DNA of 64,000 nt from a virus. How positions within the stretch are numbered: the first letter of the stretch is position 1; each line of letters opens with the position of its first letter. Positions 18,325-28,129 of the stretch are shown here, in pieces. A program made the translations under genes and the position numbers. Below the pieces are notes generated by a model that was not told the DNA's origin, searched no databases, and saw only the letters and a program-made list of their open reading frames with translations. The DNA lies in IMG/VR virus record IMGVR_UViG_3300046001_006524, positions 5,205 through 69,204 of that record. One strand, given 5' to 3'.

Positions 18325-18326
18325 TA

Positions 18327-21300
18327 TTACAAATAACTCTTGACAATATTTGTACTACAACCGTACAGTTCATTAGCCGTATTACTATCATCAATTAAAG
18401 TAACATTCAGATAATAACCCCTCGCAGAAGTACCATTAACCCTACTATTGCTTTTACTGTATGCAAAAAGATTAATTATAGGCGAGATTACATCAGCATC
18501 AATCGTTATTTGATTGTTATTGATACCCATAATTTCGCCTAATAGTTCCTTGTTATTTCCGTTTACTTGATACAATTTATCGCCAACACTTGTTATATTT
18601 GCAACACTTGCGAAGGTCAAAATATTTGCATTTGCGCTAATAATATTTCCTATTCCTTGTGTAACACCTCTTAAATCGCTTTCATTTTCATTTCCTTTTA
18701 TAGATGCAAAATACCTACTTTCTCTTTTTGTAAATTCAGATTTTGGAATTGTGCCGTTTGTGTAATTTGTGTTAAAAACTATTCTCCATGCAAAATCACT
18801 TTCTAAAATAATATTCTTAAAAATACTGTCCTCAAAATTGGTATCATTAAAAATAGTTTGTACGGATGAACTAAATTGTTGTCCGTAAAATTCATTGTAG
18901 CCGTTTAAGGTTTCATTATGAATATAAGTATTTCCGTCTTTAACCGTATGTAGCCTATTATTAACTCTTACAATAGCATCAGGCAAATAAGAATGAAAAG
19001 AAGTCCAACCTTTAACTTTTTCGTCAAAAGTAAGGGTATAACCACCTAAACTTATAATATATTGACCGAAATATGGGTCGTAACCCCCTAAAATATTGCC
19101 TAAATTTGTTTTAAATATTTCTCTGAACCAAGAACGCATACCAAAATTAGAAATAATCTCGATTCCGCTTTGTCCTTTTCTTAATACTACCCCTCTTTTT
19201 TGATCTACCCAATAAATATTATTTCCGTAAACCGCTAAACTTTCGGGATTTTTACTAATACCAAATTCGCCAACGTAAGGTTTTATACCACCAAATACAT
19301 CATCACTTTTACCTAAATTGCTTGTGCCGTCATTATTGTATAAAATGGATTTGCGATATAATAATTGGTGTACTTTATCTTCTTGAAATATATCTAAATC
19401 ATCGTTCCAGCTAACAATTTTCTGAATTGCGCCATATTTATCATCTAAGTCATAAAAGTTCATTAGAGATAGGTTAAATTCATTCAAACCATTGTAATTT
19501 GTACTTTGTTCGTATGGCTGACTGTAAGTTATAGATGCAATCCGTTTATTTTGTCTGTAATTTTCTATTGGTGTTGAAGGTCTTGTATCAAAATTCAAAG
19601 TTTTGGCATTAAAACCATCTTTAATTTTGTAAGATTCGTGTCCGTTACCCCAACTGTAACAATTAAAAATATCTAAATTTAAAATAGCTGAAACTCCCGT
19701 ACTTTGATTTGTATCGCCAACATCATAGCCTAAATGGTTTCTGTTTGCGTCAATACCATAAGTTTTCCCTATTTCATAGAATATATCCGAATTGTAATCT
19801 TTTGGTTTGGTTTCAAAAATTAAACGTGTAGTTCCGTCACTTTGAAATAGTGTTGTTTTTGCGCTCATTTTCACTATTTGATTGAATGAAATATTGGTTG
19901 GTTGCGCCATTTGTGATTGCGTAACCATCGTCATATAACCATCAGTATTGTAATCTAAATAGTTTGCGTTACCATCATTATCTTGCCTAATTACACCTCT
20001 CATAAAAAAGATATGCGACAAATCAAATGTTGGTATTTCATCTACTATTTTTTGACCTATATTTTCGCCAAAATACCACTCTTGTATGTTTGCGTATTTT
20101 CCGCCTGAAATAAATGGCAACTCAAAATAAGTGTTACCAGCACCATATTCGTCATAAGTAAGCACTATGTTTGCGCCAATCTCAATAATTTCATCTTCAA
20201 CTGTATGGCTTGATTCCGTCATTGTAACATATTTATCCCCAACGGTTCTGAAAAAACCATAGGCGTATAAACCATTACTTACTAATTTAGACCTGACATA
20301 GATACTCCATTCATCTGTTAATGCGTGTCCTGTATTTGATGCAAAAGTAACAGTTATTCCATCACTCAATGTTTGTGGTGTACCAACCGTTATGGCTATT
20401 TCAGTACTAAAACTACCGCCATCAGCGTTCCATCTGAATTTATTGAATGTAGTTACACCATCTCCCAAACTTGAAATTTGCACCATAAAGTGTTTATCAC
20501 TATTTTCCCAAGTTGTAACATAATCACCTCCCGAAACCATATCGTCTAAAAGACTATCGCCATAATAATATGCCTTACCTATATTTTCCGCACTATTGGT
20601 TAAACAGTCGTTGTATCTGTCTTTTGAGTTGTGGTAAGTCGCTAATTCAAAATTCTCAAAATCATCTACGTCTAATCTGAAATTTTTAGGTTTTATTTTA
20701 AAGTATAACCCTGCTCTTTCCACGATTTTATCAGTTACATTCTCTGTTTGCAAAAAGTTTTTATCTTGGTATTTTACTTCCAAAACCTTTGTTGTAACTA
20801 AATCATTAGTAATATTCTGACTATCACTTTTTACAACCAAAAAATCACCTTCCTTAACTTTATCTTTGTCAGCACCCTCTAATTTAACCCATCTGTAACT
20901 TCCGTCTTGATAAAATAATGTAGGCGCAATAGTTTCATAATCGCCCTTAGTCTGTTTAATAAAAAAACGATAGTATTTGGCAAATTCAGGAGCTTTATTA
21001 GCTATGTTTACCTTTATTTTATTTTGCTGAATACTATCGCTATTGGGTATGTAAATGGTGTTATTTTCGCTTGTTAAAGGTGTGGTTAATCTGCCGTAGT
21101 CATCTAAATAAGAAATACCAACTTCATAATCCCGATTGGATTTTAAACTTCTTGTAGCCACACCACTTACAATAGCTGTACTTACTTTTTCAACGGTTAA
21201 ATCAATATTTATTTTTGCATTTAGCGAATCAGCAATATTGTAGTTTTCAGTATAATTTCCATACACTAACATATTGTCGATAATATCTTGTGATTGTGCG

Positions 21301-22277
21301 TTTAAAGGAACGTTGTCGTAAATCCTAAATAATTCTTTTTCGGCTAAAACTTTGTAAATTTTATTATTGGTAAATGAAACGGAAACAAATACAGGTACGG
21401 TAGGTGTTGAATCTGCCCAAATCTGTTCTGCCTTATCATAATTTTCAATCAAATACAAGGCGTTACTTCCACTTTCTTTAAATACAATCTGAACATCAGT
21501 AATAAGCGAACTTCCCGTATTTACAGTTACATCAACCTTATTATAGGTGTTAATCATACTTTCATTTATTCCCGTAGAATAATCGTAATCAAATGCTTTT
21601 GGGTCAAATGCGTAGGTAGAAAATGGCGAACAAGCACTAAATTCCCCATCTAAATATTTGTATCGGTAACTGAATGAAACAAACTTTTCTTCAATATTAT
21701 TTTCTTCGTCTGGCGTATTTCCTAAAACGATAGTAGGCGCATCCAAAGGTGGTTTTTTAATGACTAAAATCATTTCTTCGGTAAAATCACTCGCCAAATA
21801 ATTTTGTTTTCCACGTTCTATATTAACGCATTTCGGTTGGGTGTTTCCGTCACTAAAAAATAATAAGCGATTGCCGTTATCAGAATCAATTACAATGTTA
21901 ATTCCTGTAATCAAAAAATCTTCGCTAAAATTTAAGACGTTTAATGCGCCAACTCGTGTGTCTTTTGCTACAAAAACAGTAGTTTGGGTATTTACATCGT
22001 ACTCAACAATATAACAACCTAAGTCAGATTTTAATAATAGGTATATTTTTTCTTCAAATTCATCAGAAGTACTGCTAATAGTTTTTACATTATCACCAAT
22101 AGTCAATTCAGAAACAATCATATTCGACAAACTTTTTTCAATCGCACCAACATTTGAGCTTTCGCTATTTGCCAATCTGATATTTAAAGCATCTCTGTAT
22201 TGTCCGTCTTGCAATAATCTGTCGTCTAAATCTTTATCCATTTTAGACGCTAAAAAAGTCCTTCTGCTAATTGCCAT
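18327..22277 (-). CDS. tail stabilisation/nozzle protein (P22 gp10-like beta-propeller)
   Basis: 1316 aa. N-terminal MDKDLDDRLLQDGQYRDALNI, and GEFGISKNPES..YWVDQKRG..GGYDP..WTSFHSY, typical of Bacteroidota podophage stabilisers. Confidence 0.75.
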   Translation of the reverse strand: MAISRRTFLASKMDKDLDDRLLQDGQYRDALNIRLANSESSNVGAIEKSLSNMIVSELTIGDNVKTISSTSDEFEEKIYLLLKSDLGCYIVEYDVNTQTTVFVAKDTRVGALNVLNFSEDFLITGINIVIDSDNGNRLLFFSDGNTQPKCVNIERGKQNYLASDFTEEMILVIKKPPLDAPTIVLGNTPDEENNIEEKFVSFSYRYKYLDGEFSACSPFSTYAFDPKAFDYDYSTGINESMINTYNKVDVTVNTGSSLITDVQIVFKESGSNALYLIENYDKAEQIWADSTPTVPVFVSVSFTNNKIYKVLAEKELFRIYDNVPLNAQSQDIIDNMLVYGNYTENYNIADSLNAKINIDLTVEKVSTAIVSGVATRSLKSNRDYEVGISYLDDYGRLTTPLTSENNTIYIPNSDSIQQNKIKVNIANKAPEFAKYYRFFIKQTKGDYETIAPTLFYQDGSYRWVKLEGADKDKVKEGDFLVVKSDSQNITNDLVTTKVLEVKYQDKNFLQTENVTDKIVERAGLYFKIKPKNFRLDVDDFENFELATYHNSKDRYNDCLTNSAENIGKAYYYGDSLLDDMVSGGDYVTTWENSDKHFMVQISSLGDGVTTFNKFRWNADGGSFSTEIAITVGTPQTLSDGITVTFASNTGHALTDEWSIYVRSKLVSNGLYAYGFFRTVGDKYVTMTESSHTVEDEIIEIGANIVLTYDEYGAGNTYFELPFISGGKYANIQEWYFGENIGQKIVDEIPTFDLSHIFFMRGVIRQDNDGNANYLDYNTDGYMTMVTQSQMAQPTNISFNQIVKMSAKTTLFQSDGTTRLIFETKPKDYNSDIFYEIGKTYGIDANRNHLGYDVGDTNQSTGVSAILNLDIFNCYSWGNGHESYKIKDGFNAKTLNFDTRPSTPIENYRQNKRIASITYSQPYEQSTNYNGLNEFNLSLMNFYDLDDKYGAIQKIVSWNDDLDIFQEDKVHQLLYRKSILYNNDGTSNLGKSDDVFGGIKPYVGEFGISKNPESLAVYGNNIYWVDQKRGVVLRKGQSGIEIISNFGMRSWFREIFKTNLGNILGGYDPYFGQYIISLGGYTLTFDEKVKGWTSFHSYLPDAIVRVNNRLHTVKDGNTYIHNETLNGYNEFYGQQFSSSVQTIFNDTNFEDSIFKNIILESDFAWRIVFNTNYTNGTIPKSEFTKRESRYFASIKGNENESDLRGVTQGIGNIISANANILTFASVANITSVGDKLYQVNGNNKELLGEIMGINNNQITIDADVISPIINLFAYSKSNSRVNGTSARGYYLNVTLIDDSNTANELYGCSTNIVKSYL

Positions 22278-22282
22278 TATTC

Positions 22283-23131
22283 TTAATGTTTAGATGATGA
22301 TTGCATTACTCTTGCGATTTCGAGCATATTCAAATCTGCCCTATCCATTACCACTTGATGTCTTGTTGTTTGGAATCTACGTCTTGCTCTCTCTTTTTCA
22401 TTTGCGGGAACATCTCTTTTTGGATTCACACATTCTAAATAAACCCAATCCTTAACCATTTCAACGACCTTTTTATGAACTTTTATAGTTTCTTCGCCAT
22501 AAGTATCAAATTCCAATCCGTCTGATATGTATTCCAAAACAATTTCTTTGTCGTATAAATCTGAACTGAAAACTATTTTTCCTCTTTTTTGGTCTATGGC
22601 AAATTCACCCCATTTAGATAATTTTGATGTGTCTAAGAATTTTTGGTTTGGTTCTGTGCAAAACTCATATTTTTTGTACGGTTGGGCATATACACTTGTT
22701 GCATCTGCTTGTAAAATTCCTCCCGCCTCATCAAATAATATTTCAGCGTTATGGTCTTGTAAATAACCAATCGCAATATTCATATTTGTATTAATATCTA
22801 AAGGTTTTAAGCGATACGAACCCGTTGCATCGTCTGTAACTACTACTGATACTCTTAACCAGTCCACGTAATTATGTGGCATTGCAATCACTAAATTTTC
22901 GGGTACAGTCATTTCAATTACTAACGGATCATTTTTAACTGCTTTATTATATTTTCGCAAACATTCTTTGGCGTGGTATAAAATAGATGTACGTCTTGTA
23001 TGTTCTAAATAATGCCCATTACTATTGAAAGTAAACAGCAAATCGTCAACCACTTCTTTTAATGGCACAAACTGATAATTTCCGTGATTCGCTTCGTCTG
23101 AATGATAGTCAAATGGTGTTATCTTTTCCAT
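22283..23131 (-). CDS. tail ring/adaptor protein
   Basis: MPHNYVDWLRVS and IVLEYISDG motifs; directly upstream of the stabiliser. Confidence 0.65.
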   Translation of the reverse strand: MEKITPFDYHSDEANHGNYQFVPLKEVVDDLLFTFNSNGHYLEHTRRTSILYHAKECLRKYNKAVKNDPLVIEMTVPENLVIAMPHNYVDWLRVSVVVTDDATGSYRLKPLDINTNMNIAIGYLQDHNAEILFDEAGGILQADATSVYAQPYKKYEFCTEPNQKFLDTSKLSKWGEFAIDQKRGKIVFSSDLYDKEIVLEYISDGLEFDTYGEETIKVHKKVVEMVKDWVYLECVNPKRDVPANEKERARRRFQTTRHQVVMDRADLNMLEIARVMQSSSKH

Positions 23132-23826
23132 TAGTTAGCTTGTGTTTCGTTAAGTTCTTGTGATTGTTCTCTTTGGATATATTCCACAATGTCTTTTTCT
23201 TTTAAATTGACACCAAATTTCTTTAAGGTATTCATAATCACATTTGCTTCATCTGCAGGGTGAATATCAATATCTACATAATCGGTTGCGCTTGGGTTAA
23301 AAATCTCAACTCCGTCTATTAAAACAAAAGTCCATTTGCTCTGTAAAGGGTTTCTAAGGTATGATACAGTAACATCATCAATAATTGTAGTTGGAAGTAC
23401 CTTTAACAAATTACCTTCCTTTAAACCTATTGGATAGTCCTCTGTTGGCGATGTATGTCTTACATTTGCTATAAGATTAAACTCTTTATTGTTATTTACC
23501 AATTCAATCATCTTATTCATATAGAATACACCGTCAAAATATCTTAAATCAGTCGGCAATACAAAAACATTATTTGCGTAAACCATATCTTTTGTAGTTA
23601 AATAATACTGAATTTTCTCTCTTATTTTATCTACCGTGTTGTCTAAATTTCCACTAATCAAACCACGATTTTGACGGTTCATAAGACGGTTAACTTCAAA
23701 TAATAATTCTTCAAAGTTTTCTAATACCACATTATTTACGATAAAATTCATCTCTTTTGGCGAAACGTTACCGTGATTGTCAGTATTTAAAAGGGTTTTA
23801 ACGGTTTGTATAACTCTATCTATCAT
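23131..23826 (-). CDS. tail tubular/ring protein (head-tail adaptor)
   Basis: LNTDNHGNVSPKEMN and VSYLRNP..KW motifs, plus gene position. Confidence 0.65.
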   Translation of the reverse strand: MIDRVIQTVKTLLNTDNHGNVSPKEMNFIVNNVVLENFEELLFEVNRLMNRQNRGLISGNLDNTVDKIREKIQYYLTTKDMVYANNVFVLPTDLRYFDGVFYMNKMIELVNNNKEFNLIANVRHTSPTEDYPIGLKEGNLLKVLPTTIIDDVTVSYLRNPLQSKWTFVLIDGVEIFNPSATDYVDIDIHPADEANVIMNTLKKFGVNLKEKDIVEYIQREQSQELNETQAN

Positions 23827-23847
23827 AGTAAAAATCTATTATTCTAA

Positions 23848-23910
23848 CAAAGATAATAAATAATAAGTATAAGTTAATCAAACTACTAATACAAATTAAT
23901 TATATCTTTG
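23848..23910. promoter_or_regulatory. back-to-back Bacteroidota promoters
   Basis: TATCTTTG on (-) at 23848-23855 and on (+) at 23903-23910, with palindromes at 23888-23906 and 23910-23928. Confidence 0.75.
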
Positions 23911-23957
23911 GTATCAATAAATTATATTTAAAAAATAACCAACCCGCCATATAAAAA

Positions 23958-24104
23958 ATGATATACAATTTAGACTATTGGGTAAGACATTTAGACGAAA
24001 AAGATTTAAGGCATACAGAAATAGAAGCAGATACCTTTGAACAAGCCAAACAGATTTTAGAAAAAAGAGAATGTTGGGTTTTTAGGGTAGAATTAAGTGA
24101 ATAA
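23958..24104 (+). CDS. small hypothetical protein (48 aa, below the ORF-track cutoff)
   Basis: MIYNLDYWVRHLDEKDLRHTEIEADTFEQAKQIL..., first ORF after the (+) promoter, A-rich start context. Confidence 0.5.
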   Translation: MIYNLDYWVRHLDEKDLRHTEIEADTFEQAKQILEKRECWVFRVELSE

Positions 24105-24119
24105 ATTAAAACTAAGAAT

Positions 24120-24494
24120 ATGGAAGAAACATTTGAAAATTATTTAAAACAAGCAAGAACAGATTTCGCTAAAGTTGCGGGAAAATATACCGTTGAAGAA
24201 CATTTAGAAATGAGAACGGCAATTGACAGTTTACTTATAGCTTATGACCAAGCAGTAGAGAAAGTATCAAGTCCGCCTATTGTTGAAACTCGTCTTATAA
24301 TTGTGGGGTGGGAATTTAATGACACTTGGCAATCTTGCGATTTATATTTAGGAGAAGATAATGGCGTTTTGCTAACAACTGATGATTTTGATAAAGCATT
24401 TTCATTCGATAACTTAAACGATGCAACTAAACAATTAACTTATTTAAAGGAAAATTACAATGAGTATGGTTGGTACATAATTAATATTAATTAA
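24120..24494 (+). CDS. hypothetical protein ((+) island 2)
   Basis: 124-aa ORF that appears bipartite. Confidence 0.55.
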   Translation: MEETFENYLKQARTDFAKVAGKYTVEEHLEMRTAIDSLLIAYDQAVEKVSSPPIVETRLIIVGWEFNDTWQSCDLYLGEDNGVLLTTDDFDKAFSFDNLNDATKQLTYLKENYNEYGWYIININ

Positions 24495-24508
24495 AATAAT
24501 TATAAAAT

Positions 24509-24700
24509 ATGGAAAAAGAATTTAAAAGGGTAATGAAACCACCGTTAGGGCTAATACCAAAGTTTGTAGTTAGACTTGAAAGATTAAACGAAGTAAGGGA
24601 AGCAATAGTAAGGTATTACGATGCTGAATTAAAAATACCTATTGAATGGGTAGAAGAATATAACGAACTTATTGAATTAACTAAACTAAATAATGAATAG
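24509..24700 (+). CDS. small phage protein (KPPLGL.P..IPIEWVEEYN pattern)
   Basis: 63-aa ORF with a recurrent phage small-protein motif. Confidence 0.55.
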   Translation: MEKEFKRVMKPPLGLIPKFVVRLERLNEVREAIVRYYDAELKIPIEWVEEYNELIELTKLNNE

Positions 24701-24866
24701 ATATACACGATATTCAACGGGTTTTATATTAGGACTTTGCTTTGAATACTTAGCAAGGGTTGAAAATAAACCGATAGTTTGGTTTATAGTAATACTAATG
24801 ATTTTTAAGATAATTTTAGATTTCGCATATAAAGATAATATTAACAATTAAAAACAATCATAAAAA

Positions 24867-25148
24867 ATGGCATTAATTAAAAAAGAAACACCAAAAACAA
24901 CAACTTCAACTCACGCTGGAGGAAAAGTAGCTTTAAAATTTAAAGAAGGAACAAAAAACGCAACACCTTTAAAAGTAGGTAGTTCATCATCTGATGTGCA
25001 ATTTGCAAGAAGAAAACAAATGGCAGAAGGCGTGGCAAAAAGCGATTGGGTAGGCTCAAAATCAAAACACAATCCCGCTTTAAGTCAATCAACGAGAATT
25101 GCCAATATGCAGGCAGAAGCTAAAATTGTGCTTAAAAAGAAGAAATAA
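24867..25148 (+). CDS. small basic Lys-rich protein
   Basis: 93 aa, highly basic, low complexity. Confidence 0.55.
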   Translation: MALIKKETPKTTTSTHAGGKVALKFKEGTKNATPLKVGSSSSDVQFARRKQMAEGVAKSDWVGSKSKHNPALSQSTRIANMQAEAKIVLKKKK

Positions 25149-25150
25149 TT

Positions 25151-25396
25151 ATGGTAAATTATCCTTTTCAAAGAGATTCAAAATTATTTAAGAAATACCC
25201 GAAAGATAACGAGGGGTTAATTATTAAAACTACAAATATTGTTGACGGTATAGAGTATCGACACTTTGTGGAATTTGACTTAGCTGTTATAAAAGAGTAT
25301 TTTCCTGAATATGACGATAAAGAAATGCAAGAATCACTTGCTAAAAGCGTTGTAAATTCGATTGTAAGAATGAATTTTTCTGCAATAAAATTATAG
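25151..25396 (+). CDS. hypothetical protein
   Basis: 81-aa ORF in operon. Confidence 0.5.
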   Translation: MVNYPFQRDSKLFKKYPKDNEGLIIKTTNIVDGIEYRHFVEFDLAVIKEYFPEYDDKEMQESLAKSVVNSIVRMNFSAIKL

Positions 25397-25399
25397 ATT

Positions 25400-25621
25400 A
25401 TGGTATCACAAGACGAATTAAACGACATAATTGAAGATGTTTCTTTTGAAGGAAGCTATACTAAGTTTTACGAGATGTTACAAGAATCCTTAGAAAATTG
25501 GTCAGATAAAAGAATAGAAGGAATGAAAAGTACCTTGATATTTGATAGTCCTACGAAAATAGAAGAAATTGAAAAGTACGACAAGATGAAAATTTTGCAC
25601 GAATACTCTTTACTTCCTTAG
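25400..25621 (+). CDS. hypothetical protein
   Basis: 73-aa ORF in operon. Confidence 0.5.
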   Translation: MVSQDELNDIIEDVSFEGSYTKFYEMLQESLENWSDKRIEGMKSTLIFDSPTKIEEIEKYDKMKILHEYSLLP

Positions 25622-25643
25622 TCAAAACCCTAATTAAGTTCAC

Positions 25644-25672
25644 AAAAAAACCCCCTATCTATTTAGGGGGTT
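25644..25672 (-). terminator. intrinsic terminator
   Basis: AACCCCCTA/TAGGGGGTT stem with an A7 run on its left (U-tract on the minus strand), between convergent genes. Confidence 0.75.
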
Positions 25673-25718
25673 AGTGAACACTGGGAAATGTTCGACCACA
25701 AACGAAAATGGTTGCTTT

Positions 25719-26657
25719 TTACTCGTTTAATTTGCTTAAAATCCAATCTAAATCGTTCTTCTTGTTAATCGGAACAACTTTATTAAATTTCTCGCTAAAT
25801 TGTTTTATCGCTTCTTCAAGTTCGGGATTAGGCGTTTCTTTTTGCTTAATTTTTAATAGTTCGGCTTTTAACGCTTCAATTTCCTTATCCTTGTCATCCT
25901 GAATTTTCGCAGGCGTAATCTCTAATTTTTCTAAACGTGCGCTAATCTCTTGCATAATAAGCAATGAACCTTCGTTGTTTACGGATAGCAATTCTCCTAA
26001 TTTATGAATACCACTTTCTCCTTTGGCTAAACGCAATATAACGCCCTCTGTGGTGTCATTCCAAATAACTGATGTCTTACCTACATTTGCCTTAACAATG
26101 TTCTTACTGAACGCTAATGCAGCGATGTAACGACTTTCATAGTTTTTGTCTGCCAATTCTCTTTCCAATTTCTCTGGATCGGAATCCGCATATTGTAATA
26201 GTTCCAATTCGCAAGTATCTTCACTCCAAATAAAAGCAGCTTGACCGAATACAGCCAATGCAATTGCTTTAATCTTTTCTTTGTCAGATTCTTCAATTAG
26301 TTTTCTTGCATTGTTTTTGGCTCTTAATGCGCTTAAACGTTTTGTGTCGATAGCATCTTTGCTGAATAATTCAAAGTGTTTTCCAAACCAAGGGTGTGCT
26401 TGTAGTAATTCATTCTTTACTATATCAGCCTTTGGCACTCTTAAATCGCCATTCTCAAACCAAATGTTTTGCCCTGTTAAATTATCGCTAATATCTTCGG
26501 CAAAAAATGTTTTCATTCCAGGTACATATTTGACTTTGCTTAGTCCAAAACTTTCCCCGTTAATAACTTTTTCAATCAGGACTTCTGTTAGTGGCAATTG
26601 CCAAGACCCTGTTTTTTTTCCGCTTGTTTGTCTGTAAATGTTTGTTCCAGTTTCCAT
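25719..26657 (-). CDS. conserved protein downstream of the major capsid gene
   Basis: 312 aa, IWFENGDLRVP..LLQAHPWFG, C-terminal coiled coil and small helical domain. Confidence 0.55.
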   Translation of the reverse strand: METGTNIYRQTSGKKTGSWQLPLTEVLIEKVINGESFGLSKVKYVPGMKTFFAEDISDNLTGQNIWFENGDLRVPKADIVKNELLQAHPWFGKHFELFSKDAIDTKRLSALRAKNNARKLIEESDKEKIKAIALAVFGQAAFIWSEDTCELELLQYADSDPEKLERELADKNYESRYIAALAFSKNIVKANVGKTSVIWNDTTEGVILRLAKGESGIHKLGELLSVNNEGSLLIMQEISARLEKLEITPAKIQDDKDKEIEALKAELLKIKQKETPNPELEEAIKQFSEKFNKVVPINKKNDLDWILSKLNE

Positions 26658-26674
26658 TGTTTATATTTAAAATT

Positions 26675-26710
26675 AAAAAAGAAATAGGCGAGATTATTCC
26701 CGCCTATTCT
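26675..26710 (-). terminator. intrinsic terminator after the major capsid gene
   Basis: AATAGGCG..CGCCTATT stem next to an A-run. Confidence 0.75.
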
Positions 26711-26721
26711 TAGGTTAAAAA

Positions 26722-28098
26722 TTATGAACCAGTATAAATACCAGCACCACGTCTAATCACAAAATACTGATTTGCACCAATAACTTGATTGGTTTGTTCA
26801 GTTTCATAATGCGCTTCCATTGTATCTTTCTTATGAGCAGTACCAATAGTTCCACCAAAGATTTTGGTTTTTTTGTATCGGTTCAATCCGCCTTGTTGTC
26901 TGTATCTGATAGATAAATAAGCTCTTGAAACAGAGTTACCATCTTCTAAAACAGAAGTTTCACCAGCAGGAACGAATAAACAAGCAATACTTGTTACATC
27001 GAATAAAGAAGCACCCAATAAAGTAGGGTCATCTAATAAACTCCAAGGTGTAAAGTGGAAAGTAATACCGTCAACAGAAACAGAACTAAAGTCTAATGAC
27101 AACGCCATATCTTTTGAATTTTGGAATACACCGTAGTTAGTACCAGCAGCATAACTTCCGTTAAGACTTGCTAACATAACTCTATTGTAAGCCATTTGTT
27201 TATGGTCACACCATACAGTATATGCTCTTGCACCACCTTGTTGTTTAATACGGAAAGCGATGTCAGATAATTCAGCGATAGTAGTAATGTATTGATTACC
27301 AATATTTCCTCTTTCTTCAATTTGCTGAATAACACCTTTCATTCCCAAAGGAAAACCAGCAACACCAGCAGCAGAAGCGGCAGTAGCTCGTCTATTAAAC
27401 ATATGTGTCAATTCGATTTTGTTGTCATACAAATCAATTGTACGTTGCATTTCAAGGTTATACCAACCTTCACCACCAGGATATTGAGGAGCTTTAATCC
27501 AAGTTAAATGCGCCATATCAGATTCGTTAGTGTCGTAAAACTCTTTTATGATATGAGAGTAGTTGGTGATAATTTCAGGAGAATAAGTCATCCCTTTAGT
27601 GAAATTTTCAGCACCTTTACCCCAAGAGTTAGAGAAAGCAGACACAGTAACAGGACCAACTCCAGCGTTAGAGAAACCAAATGCACCAGTCGCCATATTT
27701 TCACCTACGAAAACAGTAGTTGAAGTGATTGCAGAAACGATAGCTTGTCTTTCAACAGTACCATCAGAAATCATTACAACGTCATTCACTCGCAAGTTAT
27801 GAGCAGCAGCACAAGTAAATACATCACCAGCTACAGAAACACCTTCAGAAACAGTATGTAAACGACCTAATTCAGAATGTTTCACTTGGTCAGAAGCGTA
27901 AGATGCTTCGCTACCAGTTAAGGCACAAAATTTTGTAATTTTTCCTTTACCGTATTTTAAATGCAGTTCAGGTACTAATTCAGGTTGATACTGAATCGCA
28001 TAAGAATATGGGTCAATAAAGTTAGCAGCAGTTGCTAATTGACCAGTTGGAGAGTATAAAGAATCCACTCCAAGAGATGTATTATTTTTTAAAGTCAT
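26722..28098 (-). CDS. major capsid protein
   Basis: 458 aa after the scaffold, GMKGVIQQIEERGN motif, strongly biased codon usage, followed by a terminator. Confidence 0.8.
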   Translation of the reverse strand: MTLKNNTSLGVDSLYSPTGQLATAANFIDPYSYAIQYQPELVPELHLKYGKGKITKFCALTGSEASYASDQVKHSELGRLHTVSEGVSVAGDVFTCAAAHNLRVNDVVMISDGTVERQAIVSAITSTTVFVGENMATGAFGFSNAGVGPVTVSAFSNSWGKGAENFTKGMTYSPEIITNYSHIIKEFYDTNESDMAHLTWIKAPQYPGGEGWYNLEMQRTIDLYDNKIELTHMFNRRATAASAAGVAGFPLGMKGVIQQIEERGNIGNQYITTIAELSDIAFRIKQQGGARAYTVWCDHKQMAYNRVMLASLNGSYAAGTNYGVFQNSKDMALSLDFSSVSVDGITFHFTPWSLLDDPTLLGASLFDVTSIACLFVPAGETSVLEDGNSVSRAYLSIRYRQQGGLNRYKKTKIFGGTIGTAHKKDTMEAHYETEQTNQVIGANQYFVIRRGAGIYTGS

Positions 28099-28129
28099 GA
28101 TGTTTTAATTTAAAGATTGTTTAATAGGA

